A stretch of 64,000 bases of DNA, taken from Octopus sinensis. Its lineage: Eukaryota. How positions within the stretch are numbered: the first letter of the stretch is position 1; every line of letters begins with the position of its first letter. This document shows, piece after piece, positions 24,387-37,537 of this stretch. A program made the translations under genes and the position numbers. Below the pieces are notes generated by a model, which was given only the letters and a program-made list of their open reading frames with translations, made no database searches and was not told where the DNA came from. The stretch covers positions 165,354,001 to 165,418,000 of the forward strand of contig NC_042998.1 in the NCBI RefSeq assembly GCF_006345805.1, in the 5' to 3' direction.

Positions 24387-26807
24387 GATGTCCTTGCCGT
24401 TCCTCTCGAAGTGATTACCATAATTATGTTGTTATATAATCGCTTGAAAAAGGTAATTGCTATCGAATAATCAATTGAAAATCTTTTTTCGTCCCACCTA
24501 TGAAATGAAAATTAAAGTTGAACAAAATTATTAAAACATTTTTTTAATGAATGCTGTTTTGGAAAATTAAATATTATGCAAGAAAATAAATAATGAACTG
24601 TCTAGCCACGTATACGATTCATTACCAATAAACAATTGAAAAATTTATTAAAGAAAGACGATTGTTTTTTCTTAAATCCAAAATCTTTTAAATGTTTTTG
24701 ATTTAAAAAGAAATCTCTAAGACGTACACGCGTTTAAAAAAAGAAATGGAAGCAACAGCGATACAAGAAATTCACAATAAATACATCAAGCAGATAAACA
24801 TTAACAAAAATAACACCAGAGGAGCAAAAATGCAGCAAAGATTTTCAACTAAACAATCAAATATAAGTAAGATTTAAGTCCGTACACCTGGGAAAGTAAT
24901 ATAATGGAAAATATATATAAAACAAAATAGAAGATGATGACTTTAGCAAAATACATATGGTTTGTTACAAATTTATGGTCGATACGTCTTTGATGTGTTT
25001 GTATTGGAAGAGATAAAGAACTTGGATGCTGCTACGAATTCCTTACTAATTGAGATATATTGTTATTCCTCTTTGTAAAGTTAAGTAGAAACTAGAAACT
25101 TTAGGTTGTTGGAAAAACAAATCTTTCCGCTATATAACCAAACAGACGTCTATACTATAGATAAGTATACATAATGAACAAGTACATATACTTCACAGTA
25201 CACAAACTCATCTATGTTTTCACATACGAAAACAAACATCGCACATTTGTTGCTGATAGGCTGTGAACTTTGTGACGTCAATGCCTTGTTTCTGGTGGGT
25301 GGGTCGACTCTTCTGCATCAAGCTCGTCCACAGGTGGCGAATTGTAGAACATGTCTTAGATATAATACCAATGATTAGGAGGCGTGAACCAACAAACAAC
25401 ATATTCTAATCTGCAGACGGAATAGTATGGTAGTATTACTTCTTTCCAGCAATGCATCTTAGTAACGAATAACTACTATAACTACAACCCACATCCATAG
25501 GATAAATGCTGGTAGTTTCCAAGTTTCTCATCTCTAGATTGTTTCCGTAATAAAAAGATAATTGAGAGACACATACATTAACCACTGGTAGCTTCAGTGT
25601 TGAACCCTTTCAACAATCAGATGATACTTATAGAAACTGAACACAAACCAAGGTTGCTCCTAAGGGATTTATATTAGACGAACACGCCGATCTGATAGAG
25701 CTGAAATTGGTAGTTTATTTGAAGTTTAAATGACGGATAATATACGAAGCTTTTCAAGAACCCAGTGATTGGGTGTGTTTCATAAGAACGTTGTACATTC
25801 TTAACACAAGGTTTTGGGGTGTAGAACCGTTATTACGACCAATGAATGTGGTTTATGTCTGCAAACAAATAGACAAAATCTAAGTTGAAATTTTTCCATT
25901 GACCTCAAAGGCAGTTCCTATAGAAGTAATACCCACTAGACAGTTGAAGTCAATGCAGCTACTGTTCGTCTTGAAATTCTGAGAGCTGTTAGGTATAGGA
26001 GGAAGTAGAGCGAGGAGAATGTTTTGAAGTTCTACGAAGGAAAAATTTAATGGTTGTAACCGATAGATATACAGGGGGAGAGAAAACACTGTTGTGAAGT
26101 CGTAGAGGTTGTGCAATCGACTGGCTTTTGAGGATGAGAGCAACAACAATAATTGAAATGGTATTGCTCACCTCTCAGTATTAGAATGCTATATTGCAAT
26201 ATTATCATAAACAAAATTCTATATTCAACAGATGAACTAGTGCATGAAAGCAAGTAGTACTAGTGCCAAGACTTTCATGACTAGAAAAAATATTTCAACT
26301 CAAACACAATAAATGAAACAAAAACTAACAAGATCATTTGATTCTCATGTCACAGTTTTGCTCTGTTTATGATAGTGTTGATTCACAAACTACTCTCAGA
26401 AACAGTGCAAAATTTGATAAGATTCTCCAAACATCTTTGTATCATCAAAACAATGATATCAAATTTATTCAGAATTGCAGCTGTAGGGCGTCAGGGCAGT
26501 ATACTATCTCCAGTATATTTTCGCACTTCAACAGACATGGCTATGAACGAAATAAATACTTCAGTACACTTACGACATTTATGGACCCATTGCCGTATAG
26601 CGAATTCAGGTCTCATATGAAGAATATGCAAATAGAATAATAAATACTAAAGATTTATACATACATACATATATACATACATACATACATACATAACATA
26701 CATACATACATACATACATACATACACACACATACATACATACATATATATATATATTATAATGGAATCATTATTATGAAGCATTGTGTAGTAAATATTG
26801 TATGAAT

Positions 26808-26931
26808 GATCGTGGGTAAGGCCAGAACAATGCGAAGTAAATGCAAGGCAAATCACAAAAGAACAAGCATGTTTGTTTTCTTGTCATTTGCCTTGCATTT
26901 ACTTGGCATTGTTCTGGCCTTACCCACGATC
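26808..26931. repeat. 124-bp near-perfect hairpin palindrome
   Basis: gatcgtgggtaaggccagaacaatgc.aagtaaatgcaaggcaaat.acaa arms with a loop of about 5 nt. Confidence 0.92.
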
Positions 26932-27159
26932 CTTTATATATATATATAAGTGTGTGTGTGTATGTGTGTTTGTGTGTGTGTGTGTATGTGTGTGTGTGTG
27001 TGTGTGTGTGCGTGTGTATATGCTTGCATGTGCGTATATGTATAGTATATGTAGGCATAAGTGTACATATACATGTCTGTATGTGTGTGCCTATGTGCAT
27101 ATATATATATGTGTGTGTATGTGTATGTGTATGTATGTATGTTTATGTACATATGTGAC

Positions 27160-27302
27160 AGATTCCGACTACCAAATCCACTCACAAGCCTTTGGTCGGC
27201 CCAACCGTATAGTAGAAGACATTGGCCCAGCGTGCTACACAGTGGAACTGAATCTAGAACCGTGTGGTTGGAAAACAAGCTTCTTACCAAAGAACCACTC
27301 CT
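27160..27302 (-). mobile_element. SINE family B 5' part
   Basis: Reverse complement of the tRNA-like head and CORE-like segment (ctaccaaatccactcacaagcctttggtcggccc...aagcttcttacc). Confidence 0.8.
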
Positions 27303-27439
27303 ATATATATTATATAAATTATATAAAACCGAAAGGTAATAACTGTAGTCGTCACTAAACTGACGGAGGGTGCTAGTCAGTACCAGCATTACTAGAACTA
27401 AGAGTCAAAACAACTAATATACACGTATATATACAACTC

Positions 27440-27805
<366 letters not shown>

Positions 27806-28174
27806 TGAAAATGGATGCCTGGCGTTCAATCATATAATAATATATATATAGTATATAAATATATGCATATATACATACATATATGTACATACCTACATAT
27901 ATATGTATATATATACATGCATATATGAGTACAGGACATCAAAATAACGTCAACAAAATGAGACAAGCATTATAAAGAACATTCCCATTCGTTTCTCTGT
28001 TTGTTTCTTTCGTTATCCGAAAAAAGTTCGTTTTCTATGTTTTAGTTTTTTATGTTGTTGTTTTTCATTTTGTTGACGGTTTTTTCATGTCCCGTACCCA
28101 TATATGCATGCATGTATATATATATGTATATGTGCATATATTTATATATTATTTATATTATAATATGATTGAAC

Positions 28175-28800
28175 ACCACGCATCAATTTTCAAGTAAGTT
28201 TTATCTTTACAATTCCGATGCGCACTCTATCTCTCTCTATTCTTTCTATGTACCTCCTTCTCTTGGTCTTCTTCCTTTCTGTTTTACTCTCCCACCCTTC
28301 CCTATTCTTTTCCTCTCCTCTCACTCTTCCTCCTTGACGCTCTCGTTGCTCAAACGTGACCAACGGCTATCCATGTTCCTTTCTTCCACTTCTTTCCTAA
28401 AGACTAAACGTCTTTTTGCCTGTCTCTTCTCAAAGATCGTTTTCCAGCGTTCACCACTTCACATCGTCTTGGCTTAACGGTCCTCACCGTATGGTTTTCA
28501 CTGTTTTGTTTTACTGTCCTGTTTTTGTTTCCACTTTAACCCTTCGCAAAAATTCCGAATTTTATTTAATTTGCTTTGCGGTAAGGACTGTTTTAACGAA
28601 GTCGCGTCTTTTCCCTACCTTCGAAACATTGTGTAGATAAAACAGCGGACAACTGATGAAAGGAATGTTCTTTATATTGCCTGTCTCCTTTCTCTGTTTG
28701 TTTCTTTCGTTGTTCGAAAAAAGTTCGTTTTCTATGTTTTTGTTTTTTATGTTCTCGTTCTCATTTTGTTGACGATTTTTTTATGAGCTGTACCCATATA
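28175..28800 (+). mobile_element. dispersed repeat, probably a PLE pseudo-LTR
   Basis: Ends ...ttgacg.ttttt..tg..ctgtacccatata; partial relatives at ~24020-24135, 27925-28105, 28930-29025 and (minus) 59290-59810. PLE origin is inferred. Confidence 0.55.
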
Positions 28801-29106
28801 TACATGTATATATGCATATATATATATATATATATATTATACATATATCTATATATATATGCGTATATTTATATATTATTTATATCATCATATATATCAT
28901 TATATATATATTGTTTGTCTTGTACTCTGTTTTTTCGTTGTTAAAAAAAGTCCGTTTCCATGTTTGTTTTTATGTTTTCGTTTCTCGTTGAGTTCTACGT
29001 CTATTTGTGGTGTCCTGTACTCACATATATATATTTATATATGCATGTATATATACATGTAGATGTAGATACGTACATATATGTATGTATGTATGTATGC
29101 ATATAT

Positions 29107-29145
<39 letters not shown>

Positions 29146-29243
29146 GCTTATATGCATACGTACACAAACACCAACTGATATATATGTATGTGTGTGTGTA
29201 TGTATGTATGTATGTATGTATGTATGTATGTATGCATACATGC

Positions 29244-29276
<33 letters not shown>

Positions 29277-29736
29277 TGTATGTATGTATGTATGTATGTA
29301 TGTATGTATTTATGTACGAGGTATGCACTTTTTCTGAAAATAGAAATTAATGTTCATTCTCCTCATGAAGGAATCTGAAAGAAAAATTTATAGTGTTCAT
29401 AAACATAACAAAAAAAAATGCATGCACGAAAAAAAAATTAAAATTAGATAACAAGCAGTATCATCACTATTCTCACTGCCACCCTGTCTCCACTACTTCC
29501 ACCATTACTTCTACCATCAGCACCAGAAGACTCAACGCCATCAAAATCTCCATTACATACTTCATCGCCATGAACTGTCTAAAATGCTTTCAATAAAAAC
29601 AATATTTCGAAAAAAATTCATATATATAATTGTGTGTATGTGTGTGTGTATGCATATAGGTGTACATATATATATGTGTGTACGTATGTATGTATTTTTG
29701 TATGTATGTCCGTGTGTGCATGCATATCTATAAGTA

Positions 29737-29784
<48 letters not shown>

Positions 29785-30451
29785 TGAGTGTGTGTGTGTG
29801 TGTGTATGTGTGTGAGTGAGTGTGTGCTTTAACTGCAAACATTATATTTTTATATTTTATTGAAATATTTTTCTACCATCATACTTTCAGAAAAAGAAAT
29901 TATGAAGACAAAAAAAAAACCCCTAAAAAACAATGAATTAAATTTAGTGATACCATCTAAATATATATCATCGATTCGCAATATAAATCTCAAAGATAAG
30001 CTAATATGTTTCCTATAATATAACTATATTGGCAACGTTGGCTTATTATGAATTATTTCATTGTAAATTTACTGTAGAAGAGATGCGTCGTACTCATGAT
30101 GCGTTTTTAATGTATTTAGGGAATATAATTCTTAATGTTAGGACACAGTGATGCGATATTATACGAAATCATCGTATCATCATATTGTTTTCAACTATAG
30201 TCTGGTAAACAATGCTATTCCCTATATAATGCACCTATATTGGGTTACGACACCACATGTACTACGATATATAATATCACACTACAAGATGTTATGTTGC
30301 AATCCTTTTATATATCAAACATCGTTAATTGAATGTTTGATAAAGCGCATGATAAAGTATACACCGTGACGTATTACCGTATAATTCAAGTCAACACCAT
30401 TTCTATATATGTATACACATACACACACACTCAGCTATGTGTGCGTATATA

Positions 30452-31742
30452 CGAGGGGCGTTCAATAAGTAATGCCCCTGACCCACTTCCCATAGCAGTA
30501 GAGCAAGGAAACTTTGCACAGTTATTAGTCTTTCTCTACATAGGAACCACCCAGAGTTACGCATTTCTCCCATCGTTTGAAACAGCTCTGGAGACCGTTT
30601 TTTTAGAAGACCCAGCTTGGTCCTCCAACCACGACGTGACTTCAGAAATCAAGGCTGCATCACCTGGGAAACGCTTTCCTTTCAAAAACAACTTCATGGT
30701 TGGGAAGAGGTGAAAATCAGAGGGTGCAAGGTCAGAAGAGTAGGGGGATGGGGGAGGAGTTCATAGCCGCACGCCTGTGCTTCTGATCTGGCGACAAGCG
30801 AGTTGTGGACCGGAGCGTTGTCCTGCAGGAGGAGGATGCCTTTGCTGATCTTGCCCCGCCTCTTGATTTTGATAGTTTCTCTTAATTTCCTCAAAAGTGA
30901 AGCATAATAGGCTCCTGTAATTGTGGTATCCTTTGCCAGGAAATCTGTTATCAATACTCCGTCCTGGTCTCAGAAGACTGTGAGCATGACCTTGCCAGCG
31001 GAGGGCTGCACCCTTGTCTTCTTTGGAGGAGGTGAGTCACGGTGCTTCCACTGCATTGACTGGGCTTTGGTCTCTGGATCATAGTGATGGACCCAGGTTT
31101 CATCCTGTGTAATCAGTCTTTTGAAAAATTTTGACTCATCTTCTTGGCACATCTCCAAATTCATCCTCGAGCACTCGACGCGTTCTTGCTTCTGGAAAGG
31201 TGTGAGCAACCTGGGAATCCATCTGGCAGACACCTTTTGCATATGCAAATGGTCATGAATGATAGTTTCCACAGACCCGGTACTAATCTTGACCTCGTGG
31301 GCTATTTGGCGAATAGTTATTCGTCGATCTTCCAAACTGGCAGCCTCAACTTGACGGACAGATGCTTCATCAATTGCAGAAGTGGGGCGACCAGATCTGG
31401 GAGCTGTTTCCACCGAGTTCCGACCATGTTTGAATTCACGATGCCAGCGTTTTACAAGGTCATATGATGGGGCATCATTACCATAAGTTACTTTCATTTC
31501 ATCAAAAGTCTCCCGTGGTGTGCGTCCTTTCAAATACAAAAACCAGATCACTACTCGACACTCAACAGGCTCCATTTCACACTTGACTCAGTTCAAACAC
31601 CTGTAAATCAGAAACCCCAATTAGTTCAGAGCTGTAATTTGCCACCTACTCTATAGAGATAGAAATAATAGCACACGCAAAATTTCAGCAAGATCAAACA
31701 ACTGCAAGTGGGTCAGAGGCATTACTTATTGAACGCCCCTCG
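30452..31742 (-). mobile_element. full-length mariner element (irritans/Himar-like), 1291 bp
   Basis: 37-bp TIRs cgaggggcgttcaataagtaatgcc[c/t]ctgacccactt (36/37 match), TA on both sides. Confidence 0.97.
30525..31575 (-). pseudogene. mariner DD34D transposase pseudogene
   Basis: GRP, WIPRLL, TQDETW, QDNAP, HPP-YS(S)DLAPSDF motifs; TGA in place of the W of VFWD (~30970) and two apparent -1 frameshifts (~30745, ~30610). Confidence 0.95.
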
Positions 31743-31868
31743 TATATATATACATACACACAAACACTCATATCTATATATATACGCTCATATATATGCA
31801 CACACACAAGATAGAATGTACAATATCTCATAATACTCCATCCTATATCACGTCATATATATATATAG

Positions 31869-31930
<62 letters not shown>

Positions 31931-32006
31931 CACACACACACACACAGTTAAGTATATGAGTGTAAAACAATGTGGAAGAAAAAGTAATACTCAAGGCAGA
32001 AGGTCC

Positions 32007-32193
32007 GAAATTTTGGTGGAAGGGGATAGTCAACTAGATTGACCCCAGTGCACAACTGGCACTTAATTTGTCGACCCCGAAAAGATAAAAGGCAACGTCG
32101 AACTCGGCGGAATTTGATCCCAGAACCTAAAGACAGACGAAATACCGCAAAGCGGTTCGCACGGTGTGCTAACGTTTCTGCCAGCTTACCACC
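32007..32193 (-). mobile_element. SINE family A
   Basis: Reverse-complement head and Deu-like core. Confidence 0.85.
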
Positions 32194-32393
32194 ATAAACG
32201 CTGCAATATATTAACAGAACTATTATTCGTACCTGTTTGGCGGACAGATTTGATGAAAACTGTCCGCCGAACAACGGACGGAAACGTGAAACTCTGAGTA
32301 CCAGTTCTTTGAATATTTTGCAGCTTTCTTTTAAAGTATATATGTACGTATGTATGTATATATGTACGTATGTATGTATATATATATATATAT

Positions 32394-32479
<86 letters not shown>

Positions 32480-32622
32480 ATATATACATTAGAGTATCTA
32501 AGAGATACCGCCACGCTGGAAATAGCAGCAAAAAACCTGACTCTAAAACCACATTAAATGTTCATACCGCACCAGGAGAGACGACAAAAAGTCAAAATAA
32601 ATTACCACAAAATCACTGGATA

Positions 32623-32680
32623 ATTCCAGATTCCGGATTTCTGACTTTGCATAAGAAATGCTTTGCCTCATCAGTGGAAT
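32623..32680 (-). ncRNA. type I hammerhead ribozyme motif
   Basis: attcca|CTGATGA|ggc aaa gcat ttctt atgc aaa gtc a|GAA|ATCCGGAAT|C|tggaat: perfect 6-bp helix I, near-palindromic helix III, AUC triplet. Confidence 0.75.
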
Positions 32681-33177
32681 ATACGCAGAAATTAACATAT
32701 ATATATATATATATATACACATATAACATATGAATACTTACATATACGAACGTATACATACATATATATGCACGTATGCACAAAGTTTATTTAGAGCTTA
32801 TTAATTTTAACACTAACTTCCATTAATATACAGATAGGAAGATGTAGTGCACGTTGTGAGATATATTCAAAATAATATTTTTATGGAGGCAACACATGCG
32901 GAGTCTAAAAGAACATAATTAAAATACACATTCGAAACTTATATAAATATATATATTCTTTATAAAATAGAAATGAAAATTCCAGAATACATAGACATAC
33001 ATAAATAGACAAATGTCGATGTAATACGTAAAACACGATTGAATTAAAAAAAAAATTTCTTTTGTAAGTTCATTTAAAATTATAATACTTTAGTATGATG
33101 AAATTAAAAATTTTTCTCAAGAGGATTAAGTAGTAAAGAGTCATACTAAAAACAACGAAAGAAAAAATATAGAGATC

Positions 33178-33261
33178 ACATCTACGAGCCGTTTCAGAGA
33201 TTTGCCATGGAATATGACATATTTCATATTATTAATCATGACACTCTCCTCATGAGGATGT
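33178..33261 (-). ncRNA. type I hammerhead motif with G5C core substitution
   Basis: acatc|CTCATGA|ggagag tgtcatg...catggca aa tctct|GAA|ACG gct CGT|A|gatgt: 5-bp helix I and long helix II. Confidence 0.7.
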
Positions 33262-33692
33262 TACACAAAGTTCGAAAACACACCTACATACCATGACCGG
33301 TCAACCGTCAGCAGCAATCTTCTCAAGAAATATTTGAGAATACTTTATGTAATTACAAGGCTTTGGTCGTCCCATGGTTATAGTAGAGGGTACTTGCTCA
33401 AGGTGCCTCGCAGTATAACGGAACTACGACCATTTTATTCAATATAGCAAATGAATTTCTAGGTATTTGTAAGTCTGATTTTGGTACTTTTATCTGTTTC
33501 TTTATTCACCATGGTATTATTCTTAATCACTTCTCTTCAAGTTTTTGTCGGCATATTTTTCTAATTCTAATCTCAAATTCCCGCGGCAACAGTGTGACGT
33601 CTGTTACAGTGTATTTAGTTATTTAACGTTTAGTATTATTAATAATAATTGGGACGATATAATGGGCTAACCGAGATTTAAAACTATTATAA

Positions 33693-33751
<59 letters not shown>

Positions 33752-33754
33752 GTG

Positions 33755-34238
33755 AGAGAGCAGTGCATGCCATCAAAGTGACACTGGGTTAAAATATACG
33801 AAGCCCAGTATACCCATCATGACTACCCGCCTGGTAAGGGTATACTAGGCACATGCATCACAACCAAATGTGCGCGACATGGTGATCTCATATCATGATA
33901 AACAGCACATGACCTTGCAGGTGGGGCCCAGTTAGAAATTTCTTCTGGTCGAGTAACCCATCCCGCTCAAAAGGTCCCTGAATAAGGGTTATTTAAGGAT
34001 GCTATGATAATCCCCCATTACGTCTGCTCGTGATCAGAGATGCACATATTGTCAACCATTATGAGACATGCTCAAGGGGTTATGGTCAAACAACTGTCAA
34101 GCAAATCTGTGGTATTGAGCAGAACATTTACTGTGGCCGAGCTTTTACACCAAGACAAAACAATGTACATGATAACACTTCCAATCAGTTAAGATGAGAA
34201 GCCATGAGAGCCACGGCTTGGTATTGCATCAGGGCATT
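33755..34238. repeat. two adjacent unclassified dispersed repeats
   Basis: Recognised from memory as abundant octopus repeats (gcatgccatcaaagtgacactggg...; ...gtattgcatcagggcattt); no second copy in the window to confirm. Confidence 0.4.
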
Positions 34239-34281
<43 letters not shown>

Positions 34282-34285
34282 GTTT

Positions 34286-34497
34286 AGGCGGCGAGCTAGC
34301 AGAATCGTTAATACGCCGATGTTCTTTTCGATTTCTTAGCGGCATTTTTCCGGTTTTCCTTGTGAGTTCGAATAGTGCTGAGGTTGACTTTGTCATCTTT
34401 CTGAACTCGATAAAATAAGTACCAGTCAAACACTGGGGTCAATGTTATCGACTAATCCAACCCCTAAAATCGTTGGCCGTGTGACAAACTTTGAAAC
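34286..34497 (+). mobile_element. SINE family A, alternative-tail subfamily
   Basis: ggcggcgagctagcagaatcgtt head; tail cccctaaaatcgttggccgtgtgacaaactttgaaacc. Confidence 0.8.
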
Positions 34498-34760
34498 CGC
34501 CACCGCCACCACCACCACCACCACCACCACAACCACCACCACCACAACCACCACCGCAACCACCACCGCAACCACCACCACCACCACCACCACCACAACA
34601 CCACTACCACCACCACCACCACCACCAGCCACAACACACCAGACGCCACCACCACCACCACCACCACGCCACCACACCAGAAGCCACCACCACCACCACC
34701 ACCGCTACCCACCGCCACCACCGCCACCACCGCCACCACCACTACCACCACTACTACTAT
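34498..34760. repeat. (ACC)n/(GCC)n trinucleotide repeat
   Basis: Explains the poly-T/poly-P/poly-H ORFs at 34426-34807. Confidence 0.95.
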
Positions 34761-35309
34761 CTGTATTGGCTGTAATCATTCTGCTCGTCTTTGCATCATC
34801 TACATAGCCCTCGTGGATATTAATGTTATATCGTTGTTGATCTTTCCGTTGTAGTTCTTCTTGCTGCTATCACTGCCGATGATTACGTCCATGACGATGA
34901 TAATGATCATCATCATCGTGCAGATGATAATGAGGTTTTTCATTGTTAATGTTGCTGTTATTGCTTGTTGTCTTCGATTCCTAGATCGTAAATCAGCCTG
35001 CTCGACTATTATTGAATAGCAATTAGTCAAATAACTTATCAATTCGATCACGAACTCGATGGCATCAAGAAAGTTAATTTGTCCCAAACCCACCCCTATA
35101 TTTCTCCCTCTGATTTTCTTCTCTTCTTAAATCATACTTTAGCGAAGATGAGAGTTCATACTTCGTTATTCGTTGCTATTGCTGTTGTTGTTATTGTAAG
35201 GGTGATGTGGTGGTGGTGGTGGTGATGGTGCATTGTGGTTATTTCTCTTCTAGTTAACTGCTTCAGAAGTTATATAACAGTAACTGGCAATATTTCTTTG
35301 ACAAGCACA

Positions 35310-35355
<46 letters not shown>

Positions 35356-35634
35356 GACAGAGAGAAAGAGAGGGGGAGAGAGAAAGAGAGAGAGAGAGAA
35401 AGGGAGAGAGAGAGCGTGTGTTGCTTAATGTTTTTTTACATAATTATTATGACAAAGGAGGTAATGTGTGATGGACAGCTAAAATGTGTGATGGACACTG
35501 CCGAGAGTGGTTTGTTTGTCATTTGTTTGATATATTGTTTCGTTTTACGTTTTGCTTTGGATCGCATCTCCTTTTTGCACTTCAGCCCTTTGGAAACGTC
35601 ATCTTTAAGTAACATCTGCAATTGTCAGAAGACA

Positions 35635-35706
<72 letters not shown>

Positions 35707-35932
35707 GAGGGAGAGAGAATGGGGAGAAGACAAAGATAACGAAAGGATGATAAAGAAGGAGAGAGAGAGAGACAAAAAAGAGAGAGAGAAAGGGGGAAAA
35801 GAAGATGATGATATGATGATAATGATGATGATGAAGAAGAAGAAGAGAAGAAATGAAGGTCAATGACAAAAAAATGATAAATAGTTAAGGGCTGTAGGGT
35901 AAAAAGCAGAGCTATGTAATTGTGTGTGTGTA

Positions 35933-36036
<104 letters not shown>

Positions 36037-36474
36037 AAGTTAGATAGATATCAAGAAGTACAGAGAAAGAGAGGCACAACCAAAGCTCATAATTTTTTTA
36101 CATACATGCCGACAGACCGTAATCGCCCGAAAAAGCAGCGGTCGAGATATTCCCAGACTGATCAGTCAGTTTCGGCATTTTCGCCAATGTCTCTTCAATG
36201 GGGTCGGCGTGACTCGGCTGTTCTCGGATAATGATCATTGCCAGCATATATATGTACAACATAGAAATCTATGCATCGCTTAGCGAATCGCTAACGAGTA
36301 TACAAATAAGTAATGTAGACAGCAGTAAGCAATGGGTACCAAAAAGTAAAACTGTGACCGTCATTAATTATGATTAGGGTGTTAGAAACAAATACATTGC
36401 TAGAAATAAGAGCTAAACGCTCTAATATTGCAGTCAAAGGACATAACTGTATATATACTTGGTGAGAGGAACAT

Positions 36475-36544
<70 letters not shown>

Positions 36545-36550
<6 letters not shown>

Positions 36551-36762
36551 TGCGCGTGTGTGTGCGCGGTTGTGTTTGTCCCTCCACCATCGCTTGACAA
36601 CCGATGTTGGTGTGTTTATGTCCTCGTAACTTGGCGATTCGGCAAACATGAATGATAGTATAAGTACCAGGCTTACAAAGAATAAGTCCCTGGGTCGATT
36701 TGTTCGACAGAATGTGGTGCTCCAGCATGGTCGCAATCAAATGACTGGAACAAGTAAAAGAG
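36545..36762 (+). mobile_element. SINE family B 3' half
   Basis: caccatcgcttgacaaccgatgttggtgtgtttatg...ggtgctccagcatgg..gcaatcaaatgactggaacaagtaaaagag. Confidence 0.85.
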
Positions 36763-36780
36763 TATATATATATAATATAT

Positions 36781-36819
<39 letters not shown>

Positions 36820-36843
36820 ACACACACACCCACACACCCACAC

Positions 36844-36884
<41 letters not shown>

Positions 36885-36899
<15 letters not shown>

Positions 36900-37130
36900 C
36901 CGTTCTGTCTGCCTGTCTGTGTGTCTTCTAGGATCTCGGGCATCCTCCATCCGATTGCACTCATATTTGATATGTAGATACCGACGGCATCAGGACGTGT
37001 ATAAGTCTTGAAAAAGTTACAAACATCGATTCCAGGTGAGAATGCGATCGATAAAGCCATTTTTGTCCTGTTTTTCTTCCGTCGACCTGTACATAACTGC
37101 ACCTTCCATTCTTTGTTGTTTTTGTACTGC
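36885..37130 (+). mobile_element. probable non-autonomous Helitron 5' fragment
   Basis: (TA)n-aaaa start, tgtctg repeats and atccgatt..ctcatatttg pattern typical of short Helitrons; no CTAG end found. Confidence 0.35.
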
Positions 37131-37467
37131 TTAAAGGCACTTTTCTTTCCTGCCAAGCTTACTGTTTAAACCATGTTTGTGTTCTCCCAATCAACAGCCT
37201 TATCATTACTGGTACTTTAAACTCTTCGGTTGCATATTTGTGTGAATAAAATCGTTTTTCTTTGGAATAGAAAAAAGTTTATCTTTATTTCTTCTTTTGC
37301 TGGTGCCTCAAATTTAGGTTAAATCAGTGTTTCTCAAAGGGGAGGCCTATGGGACAGTCGGACAAGTTGTTTTGAGAAAATTTGTTTTAAATGTTTGACA
37401 ACTCAGCACCGTCCATTGGACGAGGGTGGGGCATTTTGCTCGTACAATATATACATATATGTATATA

Positions 37468-37537
<70 letters not shown>

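Noticed and set aside
34426-34807. Pro/Thr/His-rich extensin- or mucin-like ORFs
   Set aside because: Entirely an (ACC)n tract attached to a SINE tail; no splice or start context.
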